Assembly (NCBI GenBank): GCA_002189035.1
Contig: CM007989.1
Location: forward strand, 2,480,001 to 2,544,000
From: Utricularia gibba
Lineage: Eukaryota; Plantae; Magnoliophyta
Length of the DNA: 64,000 nucleotides
Direction of reading: 5' to 3'
In this document: one piece after another, positions 1-13,761 of the stretch
How positions within the stretch are numbered: position 1 is the first letter of the stretch
Layout: every line of letters starts with the position of its first letter
Position numbers and translations under genes: made by a program
The notes under the pieces: generated by a model
What the model was told of the DNA's origin: nothing
What the model saw: only the letters and a program-made list of their open reading frames with translations
Databases searched by the model: none

Positions 1-770
1 CACAGTGACTCCGTGTGTCATGATAAACATTTTGTTCCATTGCACGGTATGTTAAGTTTGTTTATGATGGAAAAATTGATCAATATAAATAATACCTCAG
101 CGTGAAAAATGCAATAAATAAAAAATAATAATAACTATCATTTATGATATTATATTTTTAGTCATAAATATGTCAATCGAAATAACAATATTTTAAATCA
201 TAAACTATTTATATAAACGATTTATAATTTAATTATAAATCAAAGTATGATTGAACTACTAGTTTTTTTAAAATAAATCTCTAAAAAAATATTAAATTAT
301 GATTAAATATTAATGTAAAAAGATTTAAAGATTTGAATTTAATTAATTGTTATTATTTATGATTCAAAACGATTTAATCTTATTTTAATGATTACTTTTT
401 TACTTCCTATGAAATAAAATGTTCGCAATGTCCAAACAAGATAATATTGTGTATGTTTCTTGGTTTTATTCCTGATTTTACTCACAAAATCGGGAGAGAT
501 GATGTGCATTTTGACAAGGAATTCTAAGAACGTTTTGAGTGGTAAAAATTCATTAATTTTTCATATAAAATAAGAAAAAGCAGATTTTGTCTGGTTTCTT
601 ACTTTTTGCGTGTTCTCCGATGATTTTCAGCTGATCATCGTAATCCCAACTCCACAATCTGGATTCTCTGCGTATATCCACTCTTGATTTTCTTTCAAGT
701 TATCACAAAATGCGTTTAAAGCTTACAGACTCAATTCTCTTTTTTCTTCATTTTCTCGGCTATAAATAAG

Positions 771-1505
771 GTGATGAATTCTTCAGAGAAAGTGGCCATG
801 GATTCAGGGAAAGGTGTTGGGTCCTTTACGACGGCGGAGAGGAATCGGCCGGTTAGGTCGTCACCTGGGAATTTCCGGGAGGATCGCTTGAACTGCCAGC
901 CGCCGCTGCCGCAAAGTTGCCCGAGGTGTAATTCAGGGGACACTAAATTTTGTTACTACAACAATTACAGCCTCGCCCAGCCGCGCTACTACTGCAAGGC
1001 TTGCCGGCGGTACTGGACTCACGGAGGAAGTCTACGGAACGTCCCGATCGGCGGGGGGAGTAGGAAGAACAAGCGAGGGAAACCTACCGCCGAATGTGAG
1101 GTTCCGCCGACTTCGTCGCAGAGTCTGATGGGGTTGCTACCTGGGGTGCCGTCGATAAGGCGGTTGCCTGCGGCGGTGCCCCCGGTCGGGAACTCTTTCT
1201 TCGCCGGTGGAACGCACATGTCGTTCCCCGCCGTGCCCTCGTTAATGAACCAATCGGTGAAGCTTCTGTACGGCCAGAATATGGGCTTTTTGCAGAGCAC
1301 GAACCTCTGTTTTCGAAATACACCGGCAACGCAGTTTCAAACTCCGGCACCGGATCAGTATACCCCATGGGCACACGAAGGGTATATGGCCTCCGCCGGA
1401 GCCGCCGCTTCGGCAGGTTGCAATTCCGACGCCGGTGGGAATCATGCAAGCTCTTCGTTCATTGCAAATCAGTGGCCTGATTGCGATCATGGGTTCAATC
1501 CTTGA
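771..1505 (+). CDS. Dof zinc-finger transcription factor (single exon)
   Basis: Intact ORF with the canonical Dof domain [53 protein letters not shown]. Confidence 0.95.
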   Translation: MMNSSEKVAMDSGKGVGSFTTAERNRPVRSSPGNFREDRLNCQPPLPQSCPRCNSGDTKFCYYNNYSLAQPRYYCKACRRYWTHGGSLRNVPIGGGSRKNKRGKPTAECEVPPTSSQSLMGLLPGVPSIRRLPAAVPPVGNSFFAGGTHMSFPAVPSLMNQSVKLLYGQNMGFLQSTNLCFRNTPATQFQTPAPDQYTPWAHEGYMASAGAAASAGCNSDAGGNHASSSFIANQWPDCDHGFNP

Positions 1506-1976
1506 TAATATTTTTCATTTTATTTTCCCTATTTCCGTTTATTTTAATTTAGGGTTTTTTTCCCCTTTGCTGCTTAATAAATTGTAGATGCTACATTAGT
1601 ATATAATTACTTTATTTTCCATATTGTATTTTAAGTATTAAATTTTGGATATTTTATTATCAAAAATATATTGTGTACGGAAATCATAAGAAATGGCTTC
1701 GTTAATTATCTCAAGTCAGGAGATTAACTACAAATTATTATGAATTAAAAGAAATTTAGTAAATAATTATGGAAAAGCATCATTCCGTTTTATGGTGCAG
1801 AGTGCAAACGCGAAGCGCTGGGAATGCCGGAAGGATTGGATAGGGTTATGGGATCCAAGAAAACTGCATCCCTTCTTTATTGTGTTGCTTTTGTGAGAAT
1901 AAGAAAATGCATCCAATCCAATGCAGCCATTCGTTGATCGTCCATTGTTCGTTTGAGTTTCCCAATACGGGTGTTC

Positions 1977-4900
1977 ATGGCGGCTGTTGCATCCATCGCC
2001 GTGAGAGCGTTGCAGCTCAATTTTCGCAACGTCCCTTCATTCTTATCTGCTAAATGCCGGGTTTTTTCAAATGGGTTGCGGGGGTTTCGCACGACAGGCT
2101 GCAGGAAATGGTCCATGTTTCTGAAGACGCCGCCGGAGGTAAAAGATGGATTGTTGAGCTTCAATGGAACGCCGGCTCTTGTGGGTGTTCCTGAAAACGT
2201 CGTGCTTACGTCTTTGGAGGATTCCTCGGCTTTCCTTGGGGCTTCTTGCAGTGGCAGCAAGTCTAGACATGTATTCAAGATTGGCGCTTTTGAGTGAGTG
2301 GTGATGAATGTTGTTGTGATGGACTAATTGATCTTCGTGCATGCCATATTATCAAATAGATTCTTCATGATAATATCAGTTCTATCTTATCTTTCTTTGT
2401 ATTTTTTGCAATATGAAAGACGGAGAATCGTCTACTGAGTGTCCTAATGACTTGGGTTTTTCTATGAAGAAATGTACGGTTCTTGTCGCTGTTTCGGTTC
2501 AAAATCTGGTGGATGATTCCCCGTACGGGAAAGTGTGCAAGAGAAGTACCTGTTGAGACCCAAATGTTGCTTCTGGAGACGGTGAACTATGGGAATTCTA
2601 TTGAGCTTAATAACAATGCAGATTATGTACTGTTTTTGCCCATTTTAGACGGTGAATTCAGGAGCAGTCTTCAGGGAAACTCAGCCAGCGAACTTCTTGT
2701 GTGCGTTGAAAGCGGTGAATACTATGTTCTCCATGATTTCAATCCCCTTATTTTAGTTCGATTGCTTGTAGTTGCATCTTAGTTTGGAAGATTTCTTTTC
2801 TGGCAGGTGACAGTTCAGTCACTGGATCGGAGTTTCTCAAATCAGTTTTCATCAACATTGGAGAAAACCCATATGAACTTATCAGGGATTCTATAAAGTA
2901 GGTATTGACTTCCATGGTAATCTAATTTTTTGTCTCACTCTTTTTTTGTTTGATTCCTGCGTAATCTGTCTTTTACAATGAATAAGAATATTGAATGCAC
3001 AAGTATGATGGAATACTCAGGACATTGCACAAGTATACTGGAACCTTTACTCTAAGGGACATGAAGCAAGTGAGTACCAAGAAAATCTGCATCTCAAATC
3101 AAACATGGAAAACGAAGCATTCATTCACATTGAGTAAGAATTTGCATGGCAGATTCCTGGTATGCTGGACGTGTTTGGATGGTGCACTTGGGATGCATTT
3201 TACCAAGATGTGAATGCCCAAGGAATCAGAGATGGTCTAAAAACGTCTGCCTCTTTGTTTTCCACTTATTTTTCATACTGATGCTTCGTTTTTGCACGCC
3301 TACTTTCTGACCTAATCTTGCCCCAATATTAGTTTGTCTGAAGGTGGCACTCCTGTCAAGCTTCTGATAATTGATGATGGTTGGCAAGATACAGCAAATG
3401 AGTTTCGAAAAGAGGGAGAGCCTTTTATTGAAGGCTCACAGTAAATTTTCTCCTTGTTTTGTCTTAAGCCTAATCGTTTTGTAGATTTATAGATAATAAA
3501 CAATAATATGCAGGTTTGGAGCCAGATTAATGAGCATCCTGGAGAATGAGAAATTCAGAAGAACAGCAAATGAAAACTCAAAAAGCATTCCACAAAGTCT
3601 GAAGGATTTCGTTTCAGAAATTAAGGAATCTTTTGGTCTCAAGTACTTGAATATCTTATGCTTCTTCCTTAGCAATGCAGACTACTTGTATGTTTAATGA
3701 GTTCTAATTTTCTCCAGGTATGTATACGTATGGCATGCGTTGATGGGATACTGGGGTGGGCTTCATCCGAGTTCTCCTGGCACGAAAAAGTATAATCCCA
3801 CTTTGAAGTTTCCAACACAATCACCAGGAAACTTGGCACATCAAAGAGACATTGCTATGGATTGTATGGAGAAATATGGTGTTGGAGTTGTTGATCCAGA
3901 CAAGATTTATGATTTCTATGATGATCTGCATAGATATCTAGTCACCCAAGGAGTAGATGGAGTTAAAGTTGATGTTCAAAATTTACCAGAAACGTTAGCT
4001 GGGGGATGTGGTGGCCGTGTCTCGCTTACCAGGAGACACCAAGAAATGCTTGAAAAGTCAGTATTCAATAACTTTAGTGACAACAGCATAATTTGCTGCA
4101 TGGCCCATAACTCAGATACCGTCTACAGGTCAAAATTTTGAGTTCAAATTGCTATATATCAATAGAAAGGCTAACTTCTCATTCACTTCAATTTTCTCAG
4201 CTCGAAAAAAAGCGCTGTCACACGAGCATCTGATGATTACTACCCAAATAATCCTCAGGCACAGACTGTACACATAGCTACTGTTGCGTATAACAGTTTG
4301 TTCTTCGGTGAAGTCTTTGTTCCTGATTGGGACATGTTCTATGTATGAAAATAATCCCTAAAAGTTCATATCATGTGCTGCTCCTCAATAAATGTCTACT
4401 GATCCAGCTCTCTTTCACTTCTAGAGTCTTCATGAAGCTGCTGAATTCCACTCTGTAGCTCGTGCTGTTGGGGGCTGTGGAATATATGTAAGGTGTTACA
4501 TTCTCTCTGCTAAAAGGGATCTTGCTTCTCTGTAGGAGTTCTGAAATGGAAACTTAAACTTGTGTAAAGCCTCAAAGAAATGCTCTTCATAACTTGCAGT
4601 GATAAACCAGGGAAGCATGATTTTAAGATCCTTAAGAGGCTTGTTTTGCCCGATGGTTCCGTGCTAAGGGCAAAGTATCCTGGAAGGCCTTCACGCGATT
4701 GTTTGTTTTCTGATCCGGTATCTGATGGTAGAAGGTAATCCACTAGCTAACTCCTACCCATCATTCAGTATATTGTAAAACTGCTTATATTATTTACTAG
4801 CCTTGTTTGATGCCTTTATTGTTAGTCTTTTGAAGATATGGAACCTGAACAATGTTACCGGAGTTGTAGCCATATTCAACTGTCAAGGGGCCGGATCATG

Positions 4901-5569
4901 GCCTGGCCTCAAGGATCGTCATCCGGAAACCAGTCTTGAGCTCTCTGGACATGTATCTCCTGTAGATGTTGAGTTCATTACAGAAATCTCGCCTGACCCA
5001 TCTGCACAGTTTGCTGTCTTTTCCTTCAAAACGGGTAATAAAGGCTAGCTGCATTGACTTTTCCCTACAAGCACATGAATTTTACCTTTGTTTTCTTGCA
5101 AAGCCCCAAAACTCAATGTATTTCTGCGAAAATCTTCAGGTTCCCTCAGTAAACTCCCATTGACAGGAAAAGTGCATGTTACACTCAAAACCTTAGAATG
5201 TGATGCTTTCACAATATCTCCTATCAAGGCAAGTTGATTCACTTGCTAACACTGTTTTTATCCCCAAAAACGTACCTCAAATGTACCCTTTCTACACAGG
5301 TTTATGATCACAGAGTCCATTTTGCGCCCATAGGACTGATAAACATGTACAATATTGGTGGAGCTGTCACCACGGTTGATTCCATTGCTGGTGGAATACA
5401 AATAACTGGGAGAGGGCAAGGTGTTTTTGGAGGTTATTCTAGTGTGGAGCCAAAGTCTTGCACTGTGAATGCGAAAGAGGTAGAGTTTCAGTTCAACAAC
5501 CAAGATCACCTTTTAACAGTTGATGTTCCAAAAGGAACCAATTCCTGGGACATCACCCTGATCTACTAA
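1977..5569 (+). CDS. Raffinose synthase / seed imbibition protein (GH36 alkaline alpha-galactosidase family), about 14 exons
   Basis: Spliced exons give [109 protein letters not shown] and [15 protein letters not shown]. Exon 1 is 1977-2293; the last exon is 5300-5569. Confidence 0.93.
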
Positions 5570-6114
5570 CCTTGTTCCTCCAGTCACCATTACCATCCCT
5601 GTACTACTACTGTTGTACTGAAGAAAGAGCAACACCTTGTTGAAACCATGTCACACTTTCCATGGTTTAGGTTCTCTTCATAGGAGAATCAAACTTGGAT
5701 GTTATTTCTTATATTATATATTGAATTGGAGTCTGTATGAATAAATATGCATTTGGAACAAGATTTATTGGTTTGATTCTGGTTGGTCAACACGGATTAA
5801 GGAATATGACATTGGAATGGTGAAATAGGAGCAAACAATTTAGCTTGTTTACAGGAGTAAAATGCGCAGTTTCATAGGGTCACAACTCACACACGGTGCA
5901 GCTGACTTACAACACTGTGCGTTAATTCAGGATTCTCAATCCAGTTTTGTGTATTTTGATCTCATCCATTTACCATATGATCCAAAGGGGCAAACACAAG
6001 GTCCCCGCAAATCTAGATCCATCATTCATTTGTCTTAGTGATAATGTATATATATGCAGATGCTCCAGAGTATGTTTCCCTGTGTTTTTACTGCTTTGAA
6101 GATTTGAGGAACAG

Positions 6115-6588
6115 ATGAAGGGAAAGGAGAGTTGCTCGAAGCGGAAGCAGAAGGCAGACAAGGACGAAGAAAGGAAGGCTCCCAAGAGAGGGAAAAGAAG
6201 AGAAACCATGGCCATCAGCTCCACAGAAGATGAAGCTGCTTCTTCTTCATCTTCAACCCACAGAAACATGCCTTTCTCTGATATCTTGTACCCCAATGGA
6301 GTATTCGATTTCCCATGGCTCAAGGATGGGCTTGTTTTCGAGTTTGATAGCTTATCGAAACCCGAAGAAGACATGTTCAATCCCTATGTGTTTCTAGAGC
6401 ATGGCCCTCGGCAAGATCTTGATCAGGCTTGTGAAGAGAACCATACACTTGTGGATATAGACAAAGGTGTTCATCAACATTTTCATGATCCAGCATTTGA
6501 TGATGATATGTTGTGCTCATTCTCAAACATTGATTTCGAGACCTTGGATTGCATTTGGAGATCTTTCTTTGATCAGCCACCCTCTTGA
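6115..6588 (+). CDS. Uncharacterised small plant protein (basic N-terminus, acidic C-terminus)
   Basis: 157-aa ORF with a Lys/Arg-rich N-terminus, a FDFPWLKDG motif and a C-terminal LDCIWRSFFDQP. No domain recognised. Confidence 0.6.
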   Translation: MKGKESCSKRKQKADKDEERKAPKRGKRRETMAISSTEDEAASSSSSTHRNMPFSDILYPNGVFDFPWLKDGLVFEFDSLSKPEEDMFNPYVFLEHGPRQDLDQACEENHTLVDIDKGVHQHFHDPAFDDDMLCSFSNIDFETLDCIWRSFFDQPPS

Positions 6589-6914
6589 TCATGATTCAAA
6601 ACCTGAAACTGCTGCAAGCATGAAGGTCCATTTCTTTGATTCTCTTTAGGTGTATTTTGATTGTAAATGTTGAAAGATATACGAAGCGGCTTTCTTTTTC
6701 TGGCCTTCCACAGAATTCTTGCAACCAAATATGAATACAACAGAACTGTATTATAAAAAGCCAATGTGATAGGAAATTCTATCATTCAAGAGGCTAAGAA
6801 AGAACCTGTGAATTTTTTTACATGTCCAAGATAGGTTTGGAGAAGAAATTTTTTGGTCAAGAATGTGAAGTCTCTGTCAATCCAGATACAGAATCCTCCC
6901 TCCGATTTGGCTTT

Positions 6915-9118
6915 TCATGCTGCTGCTATGGAGGATGGATCTTCGGTTTTCTGATGAAGCCTTTTGCTGATTTGCATTGCAGTGCTCCTTAGGCTGCATT
7001 CCATCACCTGGAGAATGAATCGAAAAAATCAGTATATGACTTGAGCAATGTATCTCAATTTTCACAAGACATGTCGGCTATCTGTCTCTCCAGGGATGTG
7101 AAATTCACCTGAGATAATTGTGCCTTGTTTACTAAAGATCCACACTCTTCAATGAGGGCTCTTTCTCCTCCGACGACCCTGGCCAATTCGGACAGTGATT
7201 TATCTGCTTCTCCAGCCTGTGTAATAGAACCGGATTTTAACACTGTTGTCTGGATATGGGGGTTAAAAGATTCTGACTTTGTCGACCTGTCGAACTACAA
7301 GTACCACAATGCAGCTAATTGACAATGAGTAGTTTTTGGGTCATTAAAAGATCCTTCTTTCCCGACCACAATGGTATTCACGTAGGAAAATCAACATGAA
7401 AAAGGCTCAATTAAGCGAGGGGGTGTGGCAATAGGATCATACTCTTTGTGTAAACCGCCGTATGTGAGAAACTATCAATTCTGCAGTCTCCAAAGCAGAA
7501 CCCATGGCCTCCCGTAGTTCCCAAGGATCAGCCTGGAAAACCAATTGTTATAATCACATAGGAAAATTTTACAAAAATATCAAGTACGTGTAGCAAGATC
7601 CCTACATAAAGGAACAATAAAATGTGGTCTCACCCGCACTTCCCCACTGATCGGTATTCTCACTGAGGAATTGAGCAATGCATCTATTGTAGAGGATAAT
7701 GAAGTTGTGTATTCTTCTTCGAAACTTGTCCATTCTTCAAGATGTGGCATCTTAATCAAGAAAGATGACAATAAGGAAACATACAAATATAATGACAAAA
7801 AAGCTGGAAGTCTATATATTATTCTCCTTGAGGAGGAAACAGAAAGCATGCCAAGGGCTTAAATAAAGCTGATTAATATGTTACCTGAGTTTCTAGCATA
7901 GTCGTCAATGTTTCTATTCTTCGTAGAGCTGCAACTTCGCTCTGTTTTCCTTTTATATTCTCACGCATATCAGCAATCTTTCTGCCTTGCGAATAAAGCT
8001 TCGTCTGAACAAGCAGCATCATAGACAAGAATTTTCATCAAGCTCAAATACTGAGAAATGGTGTAGTACTGTTACAGATGTAACAAGTTATGATGCATCA
8101 ATCTCGAAGTCTAAAACAAAGTGAGGGCTCTGGAAATTACTTGAGTAGCAGCAATTCAGTAGACTCATGTCTTTCAGTACGCAAGGAAAGATTCATCATT
8201 GAAGAGGCACAGTAAACATACCTCAACTTCTTGCTTCTGTGAATGCATTGAGGCTACTGCTTTCGCATTCGCGAACCGCCACTGCAGATAATGGTTAGTC
8301 AACATTTTGAGAGAATGGGCATCTTCCAAGTGATTCGAGATCTTCGTTCCTTTCTTGGCATCTAATCCTGGTTTTACTCCCATAAAAGGATGTGGAGGCA
8401 GGGTAGAATTTTTCCCTGAGGATGAAAAATTCAGGGAGCGCACACAGTCACTCGTAGTTTTCCCAGAAATTCCTAAATTCCTCTCCCCGAGCCATTTATC
8501 TGCTTCCGGCAACGAAGAGCGGATCCCAGTAGTACTTCTCGGCTTAGTGCTCGGCGCAAAAAGTGGAGAATTCGGACAAGAAGAAACTCGATCAGAACAA
8601 ACCGAATCGGAGTCATAGTCAGCTGATGTTGAAACCCGAGAGAGCTTCTTTTCCACAATGGAGGTGGCTTCATGAATTAACCTCGTTGCTGCTGTAACAG
8701 CAGCTGATCCATCGTCGGAACGGCGAATCGCTTTAGGAGTTCGCCTATATCTCGATGCAACAACTCTATCTGTACCCACCGCAATCGGCGTATCCGTCCT
8801 AGGCATAGCCCTAACATCAGAATTGTTTTCTTTCGATGTCTGCTTTCCTCGTTGATTATGGTGCCTGGCTGGCCCAGGTGAAAAGACCGAACACGATTTC
8901 TCAGCGTTGGGCAGGTGATTCTCGTCTATTCTCGATGGTTGGCGTCCGGTAACGGATTTGGATCGCGGAAGATCTGAAGGCCTAGGGGTCAAATTGGATT
9001 GAATCAATGGAGACATGAAGCGCGATTGCACTTCCCGCACTCTAGGGCGGCGAGTCGTTGTCGGAGCAGCCTGTTCCACCATTGAATCGGAAACCCCTCC
9101 CCCGCCGCATTCCGTCAT
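6915..9118 (-). CDS. QWRF-motif protein (ENDOSPERM DEFECTIVE 1 / augmin subunit 8-like)
   Basis: Exon 1 (9118-8222) has RPRVREVQSRFMSP and HSLKMLTNHYLQWRFANAKA. Later exons give MPHLEEWTSFEEEY and LSELARVVGGERALIEECG. Stop at 6917-6915. Confidence 0.88.
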
Positions 9119-9820
9119 TTTTAAGGAACTCAGCCTCTGATTCCTTTCTGTCTAATGGAGAATCGAAAGCGGCGAACAAGGTCACAGAATCCGCCAATGA
9201 AAACCAACAGCAGTTGTGAGAACGAGAGCAACTGGGTAACTAGCCGTTTTACATTCAAATGCGCTAACGGCTATTTTTTTTCCCATTTCTTAATGCTTAC
9301 ATCATCACCCCCTAGCAATAAAAAATTAAATTTATAGTATAAAACAAAACACAAATAACAATTTTCGAAAATCTTTTATTTAATCCAGATTTTTTTTCAA
9401 TAACAAGATTTGATATTTTCATTCATTACTAAATGATATATACAATCATAAATTATATTTTAAAATATAGAAATAATAAAATTATCAAAATAATCAATCA
9501 TAAAAGATTTATTATATTCGAACGATGATTCATTTAAATGTACAGAAACTAAATGAAAATTTAAATATATCAAAATAATATTTAATCTGTTTTTTTTTTG
9601 TAATTAACAACTTCAATAAAATCATAGGGGTATTTTTATCCATTTTCATTAATCAAAAGATATATTAAGAAATAAATATAATCATTTTAGTATACGAGAA
9701 AAATAATCATTCGAGATAAATCGAGTATGGTTACTTTTAGAATTAGTTTTCTAAATGGGGCTTAATTAAAACATTTCTTGTAATAGTAGCAGGAGCTGTA
9801 GAACTGAAAATTGGTGTGTT

Positions 9821-10839
9821 TCATGGTGTTTGTAATGAGAGAATGGCAGGGCAGACCGCTAGGCTAACAAAGAATCCTAACAAGGCACCGGCGACGACTT
9901 CTACTTGCGTGTGGCCGATGGATTCTTTCAGCGGACTAGGGCTCACGGCAGCATCAGAATCCACGCTGCTTCTGTTACTCTGTGTCTTCTCCTCCTCACT
10001 CGTCGACTCCTCTGAAGAATGAGTGAACGCAAGTCTGTTGAGTGCTCTTGAATGGTTGCCGACTTCCCTTCTCACTCCCTGCGGAAAGGGGAATGGGGAT
10101 TGTAAGGCAAATCGAATGAGGGCGATGAATTGAGGTAATGGGAGGAGGGGAGCACCTGTGCGTCGTACATTACGAGGCTGGCGTACACTACTGCGAGACC
10201 AAAGATTGAATCTGAAAATCCCCTGCAACTAGACAGTAGTCAGTTTTGTTCAGAGAGTCCTTGGACTACTTGTGTTTTGGTCGAAGGACTGAATCTGGAA
10301 CAGTGTGAACTAGAATGATTCTTGTACCTGTCGAGAAGCAGAGAGGTTGCAGTTGCTACAGCCGCCTGGAAAATGAGGTGCAGATGGAGATGGATTAAGA
10401 TGAGATAAAAAAAATCTTTTGCGATGTCAGTTTGCTAAAGAATTACAGAAGAATGGGTGGACGGGAAGCCCCCAGCTTCAACTGCGGCCTTCCAATTGAA
10501 CTGCTTCCCGTATAGCAAGGAAGAAGTGAAGGGTTTCGAAAATTGCCCAATTGCAGCGGAGATGGCAGCAGACACGAGAACCTGCAACCCCCTCAAGCTC
10601 AAAGTGTGTAGTGAAAAGATCCCATTTTGAATTGGAAAGGCGAAAACCCATTTGGGTCATGAAAGGAAAAATCGAACCTTGTTCTGTAAGACGCCGGAGA
10701 AATCAGCAACTGAACCACTGGTGCAAGCAAGGTCAGAGGAACAGCGAAATGGTTTCCGGGAACTGCCCCTTTTCTTAATGGGTAGCCACAACTTGGAACA
10801 TGTGGGTGTGGATATGGAGAAACCGCAAAGTAGCATCAT
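9821..10839 (-). CDS. DUF212 acid phosphatase/vanadium-dependent haloperoxidase-related protein, probably plastid-targeted
   Basis: Five exons (10839-10679, 10581-10447, 10365-10328, 10222-10156, 10078-9821) give IGQFSKPFTS, AGGFPSTHSS, VMYDAQGVRREVG and LKESIGHTQVEVVAGALLG. Confidence 0.9.
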
Positions 10840-12406
10840 CGATTCGAGATCGCAAGAAATGGTGGTACGGATTCGTTTGTTCGGATCCGAGTACCCCGCA
10901 AAAAAGAAATCCTTTTTCCGTGTTCTTTCCGCTTCACGATCCGGTAGTGGAATTGCAATGGTGTTTTTTTCCAGATACAAGATAATTCGGTGGGAACATT
11001 TCAAGTAGTAAGCAGTAAAATGTTTCTCTGTTGCTCCCTGTAAAAACTTGACCCACAACTGAAAAACGAAAAGAATCTGAGAAAACTACGTCGGGCAAGC
11101 AGCATCTCTACAAAGAACAATAATTGCAGGTTTTTCCGATGTGTGTGGAGATTGAAGGCCATTATCGACATTGTGTTCATAATTTTTCCTTCGACTATTC
11201 AATTTGTACCCTGAAAATGGCTTCTGGAATCCTTCCATCCCAAGGCATTCTTCAAATTCCACATGATCAGAAGGCTTCCAAAACTCTCATCACATCCAAA
11301 GAGATGTTGATGAAGAGGAGCAGAAAGATGTTGATGAAGTAAACGACTCGTGAACAAAACCACAGAACATCGGACTGAGGGCTTCTCTCAGTTTAAAAGC
11401 AGCAGTTTGTCATTTCTTTTAAAAATGCAGCACTACTGCTGTGTTGTCTTTATGTTTAGTTTCATTACGAACGCAGCATTTTTCTGATCAAGACATGGAG
11501 GCAAAAAGGCAGAAAGCAACAAAACCAGAAACGAAACATGCTAATCTGCTCCTCCAATCACTAGGATTCCTCACATCAGTGGTAGCTCAACCACCAGGAA
11601 GCTACGGCACAAAAAATCCACCACAGAGCTCGAGACCACATCTTGCTCAGCTCCTCCTTCCGCTAGTCTCGCAGCGTCCGGTTTCCGAGGCTGCCCAAAA
11701 ACCAAGAAGCAAGGCCAACAACAACTTCGGCGAAGAATTTAGCAATCCACCACCACATTTCGAGAAACGACTTCCGTGAGCTTCCAGTAGCAGTGTTATT
11801 ACAAGCAGGTGTTAGAACCGGTGGCATGGTATTTGTAGATGCCCGAAAGGGAGGCTAAACGTCGCGTACGGTATGCGTAACTCGGGAACAACAAATGCAC
11901 CCATTCGAATTCTTAGAGACTCTGTCCTTATTAATGTTGGAATTCCGGATTTGATCCAAACTTGAAATTTTCAAGAATATTTCATTTCAGGAAAATTAAA
12001 AAATCCAAAATTTCGGAAAACTTTATACATTGGTTCTTGTTGCGTTGAATGATGCCGGAGCATCGGACCCCCCTATTCGCCGCTCTAACTGTCAATGGGC
12101 TGGACATGCCGGTTAACGATGGTTGCCTTCACGGACGTCAACCATGGCCCAGATCTAGGATTCCGTTGAGCTATTGTTTCAATGTTCTGGTTGTTCTGGG
12201 TGGTGCGTGGTATCACTGTTCAATATCCTAAGCGTCGAAAGGCGATAGGCTGCCTTCTGCATTCGTGTTCCATTTTAGGGGTGGGTGCTCTCTTCTGTGT
12301 GCAGCTTTTACGGTAAAGAAATTATATTTGTTAAGCATTCGTTTCCATTTCTTTCCCTTGACTGAGCGGGATCTGAAATGGGTGGTTTTGAATTGCAGCA
12401 GCGAGA

Positions 12407-13761
12407 ATGGGATCTAGTCTCCGGTGGGGTTGTGTATCGCCCGCTTGCTTTTTGGTTTGGCTCGTTTTCATGAGGTCGATAAGTCGCATCTCGGCCCTCT
12501 CGGTGACGGTGAACAACATCGAGTGCGTGTATGAGTACGTGTTGTATGATGGAGACACTATTTCGGGGAACTTTGTTGTCGTAGATCACGATATTTTCTG
12601 GGGCTCCGATCACCCTGGAATCGACTTCACTGTAACGCCTCTCCTCTGTTCGCTTCTGTTAGTGTTTGTTATTTGATTGTTTATTAGAGAACGCCAAGGC
12701 CATTTCCGCTTCCTGTCGATTCTATTCTAGCTGTATGTTTGATGAAGCTTCCAAAAGCTTAGATCTTGTGCTTTAGTTTCTATTCAACTTAAGGTTTATG
12801 ACCAGTTTCTCTGGAAAATATTGTTGTACTGTTCATAGTCTTCTATAAAATCTAACCCTCTATTCTCTGCACTAGTTTTTTTTTTGTCATATTTACTCAA
12901 AACTTCTACTAGTGGCATGGTGGTTGCCTGGCTTAGTGGTAGTATAGGGTGGAAAAGAAGTGGTATCCTTCACTGTAGCTTTGGTGTGTGATTTTTAAAA
13001 TCACTTTTGCACTTTTCTGTGCTGGTGGATGATGTGACTGAGGAACAAAGTCACCTACATGAATATTAGGATAAAGTGTTTTCTCGTCTTGCTGATTTTC
13101 CCTTGTGGAACAGGTCACTTCCCCTGCGGGTGATGCGGTGCACACTCTGAAGGGAACATCTGGGGACAAATTTGAGTTCAAGGCCCCCGGAGTGGAATGT
13201 ACAAATTTTGTTTTCACAACCCGTATTCTACTCCAGAAACAGTTTCCTTCCATATCCACGTTGGCCACATTCCTAATGAACATGATCTTGCCAAGGATGG
13301 TCAGTTTGCAGTGCCATTGTCTTGTTCCACATTTCATAGGTGTCTTTCAAATGGCATGCATGCATTTTACCCATTTCTTGTCCACAATTGTTGGATTTCA
13401 GAGCATTTGGACCCTGTTAATGTGAAAATTGCTCGACTTAGAGAAGCACTGGAAGCTGTTATCTCGGAGCAAAAGTACTTGAAAGCACGTGATGAACGCC
13501 ACCGCCTCAGTATGCTCCCTTTTCCCTTCTGCTCATTTTGTAATCCATTTTCTTCAACTGTTTTAAGGGGTGTGGGGGATAAGAAACATCTTGGCTTGTC
13601 TGTATATATTTGAATCTGTTGCTGCAGCAAATGAGAGCACCGCAATCCGCGTGGTCGGCTACTCGGTGATTGAGTATGTGTTGCTAGCTGGAGTGAGCAC
13701 ACTTCAGGCATTCTACATACGGCATTTATTCAGCAAGTCGATTGCCTACAACCGAGTTTGA
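12407..13761 (+). CDS. Transmembrane emp24 (p24 beta3-like) cargo receptor, with a 1-nt frameshift at 13184-13188
   Basis: Exons 12407-12631, 13114-13299, 13402-13509, 13628-13761 give a signal peptide, GOLD domain (GDTISGNFVVVDHDIFW, MYKFCFHNP), coiled coil, TM and the C-terminus LFSKSIAYNRV. Confidence 0.9.

Noticed and set aside
9753-9764. AAATGGGGCTTA resembling the 3' conserved region of RNase MRP RNA
   Set aside because: No matching 5' conserved motif or Pol III promoter was seen nearby.
11124-11779. ORFs 11124-11342 and 11441-11779, and a short duplicated GATGTTGATGAAG
   Set aside because: Non-ATG starts, no recognisable homology, and located in the DUF212/p24 divergent upstream region.
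12118-12244. Short hairpins ATGGTTG...CAACCAT and CGTC-GAAA-GGCG
   Set aside because: Stems of 4-7 bp are expected by chance, and no ribozyme, snoRNA or tRNA consensus surrounds them.
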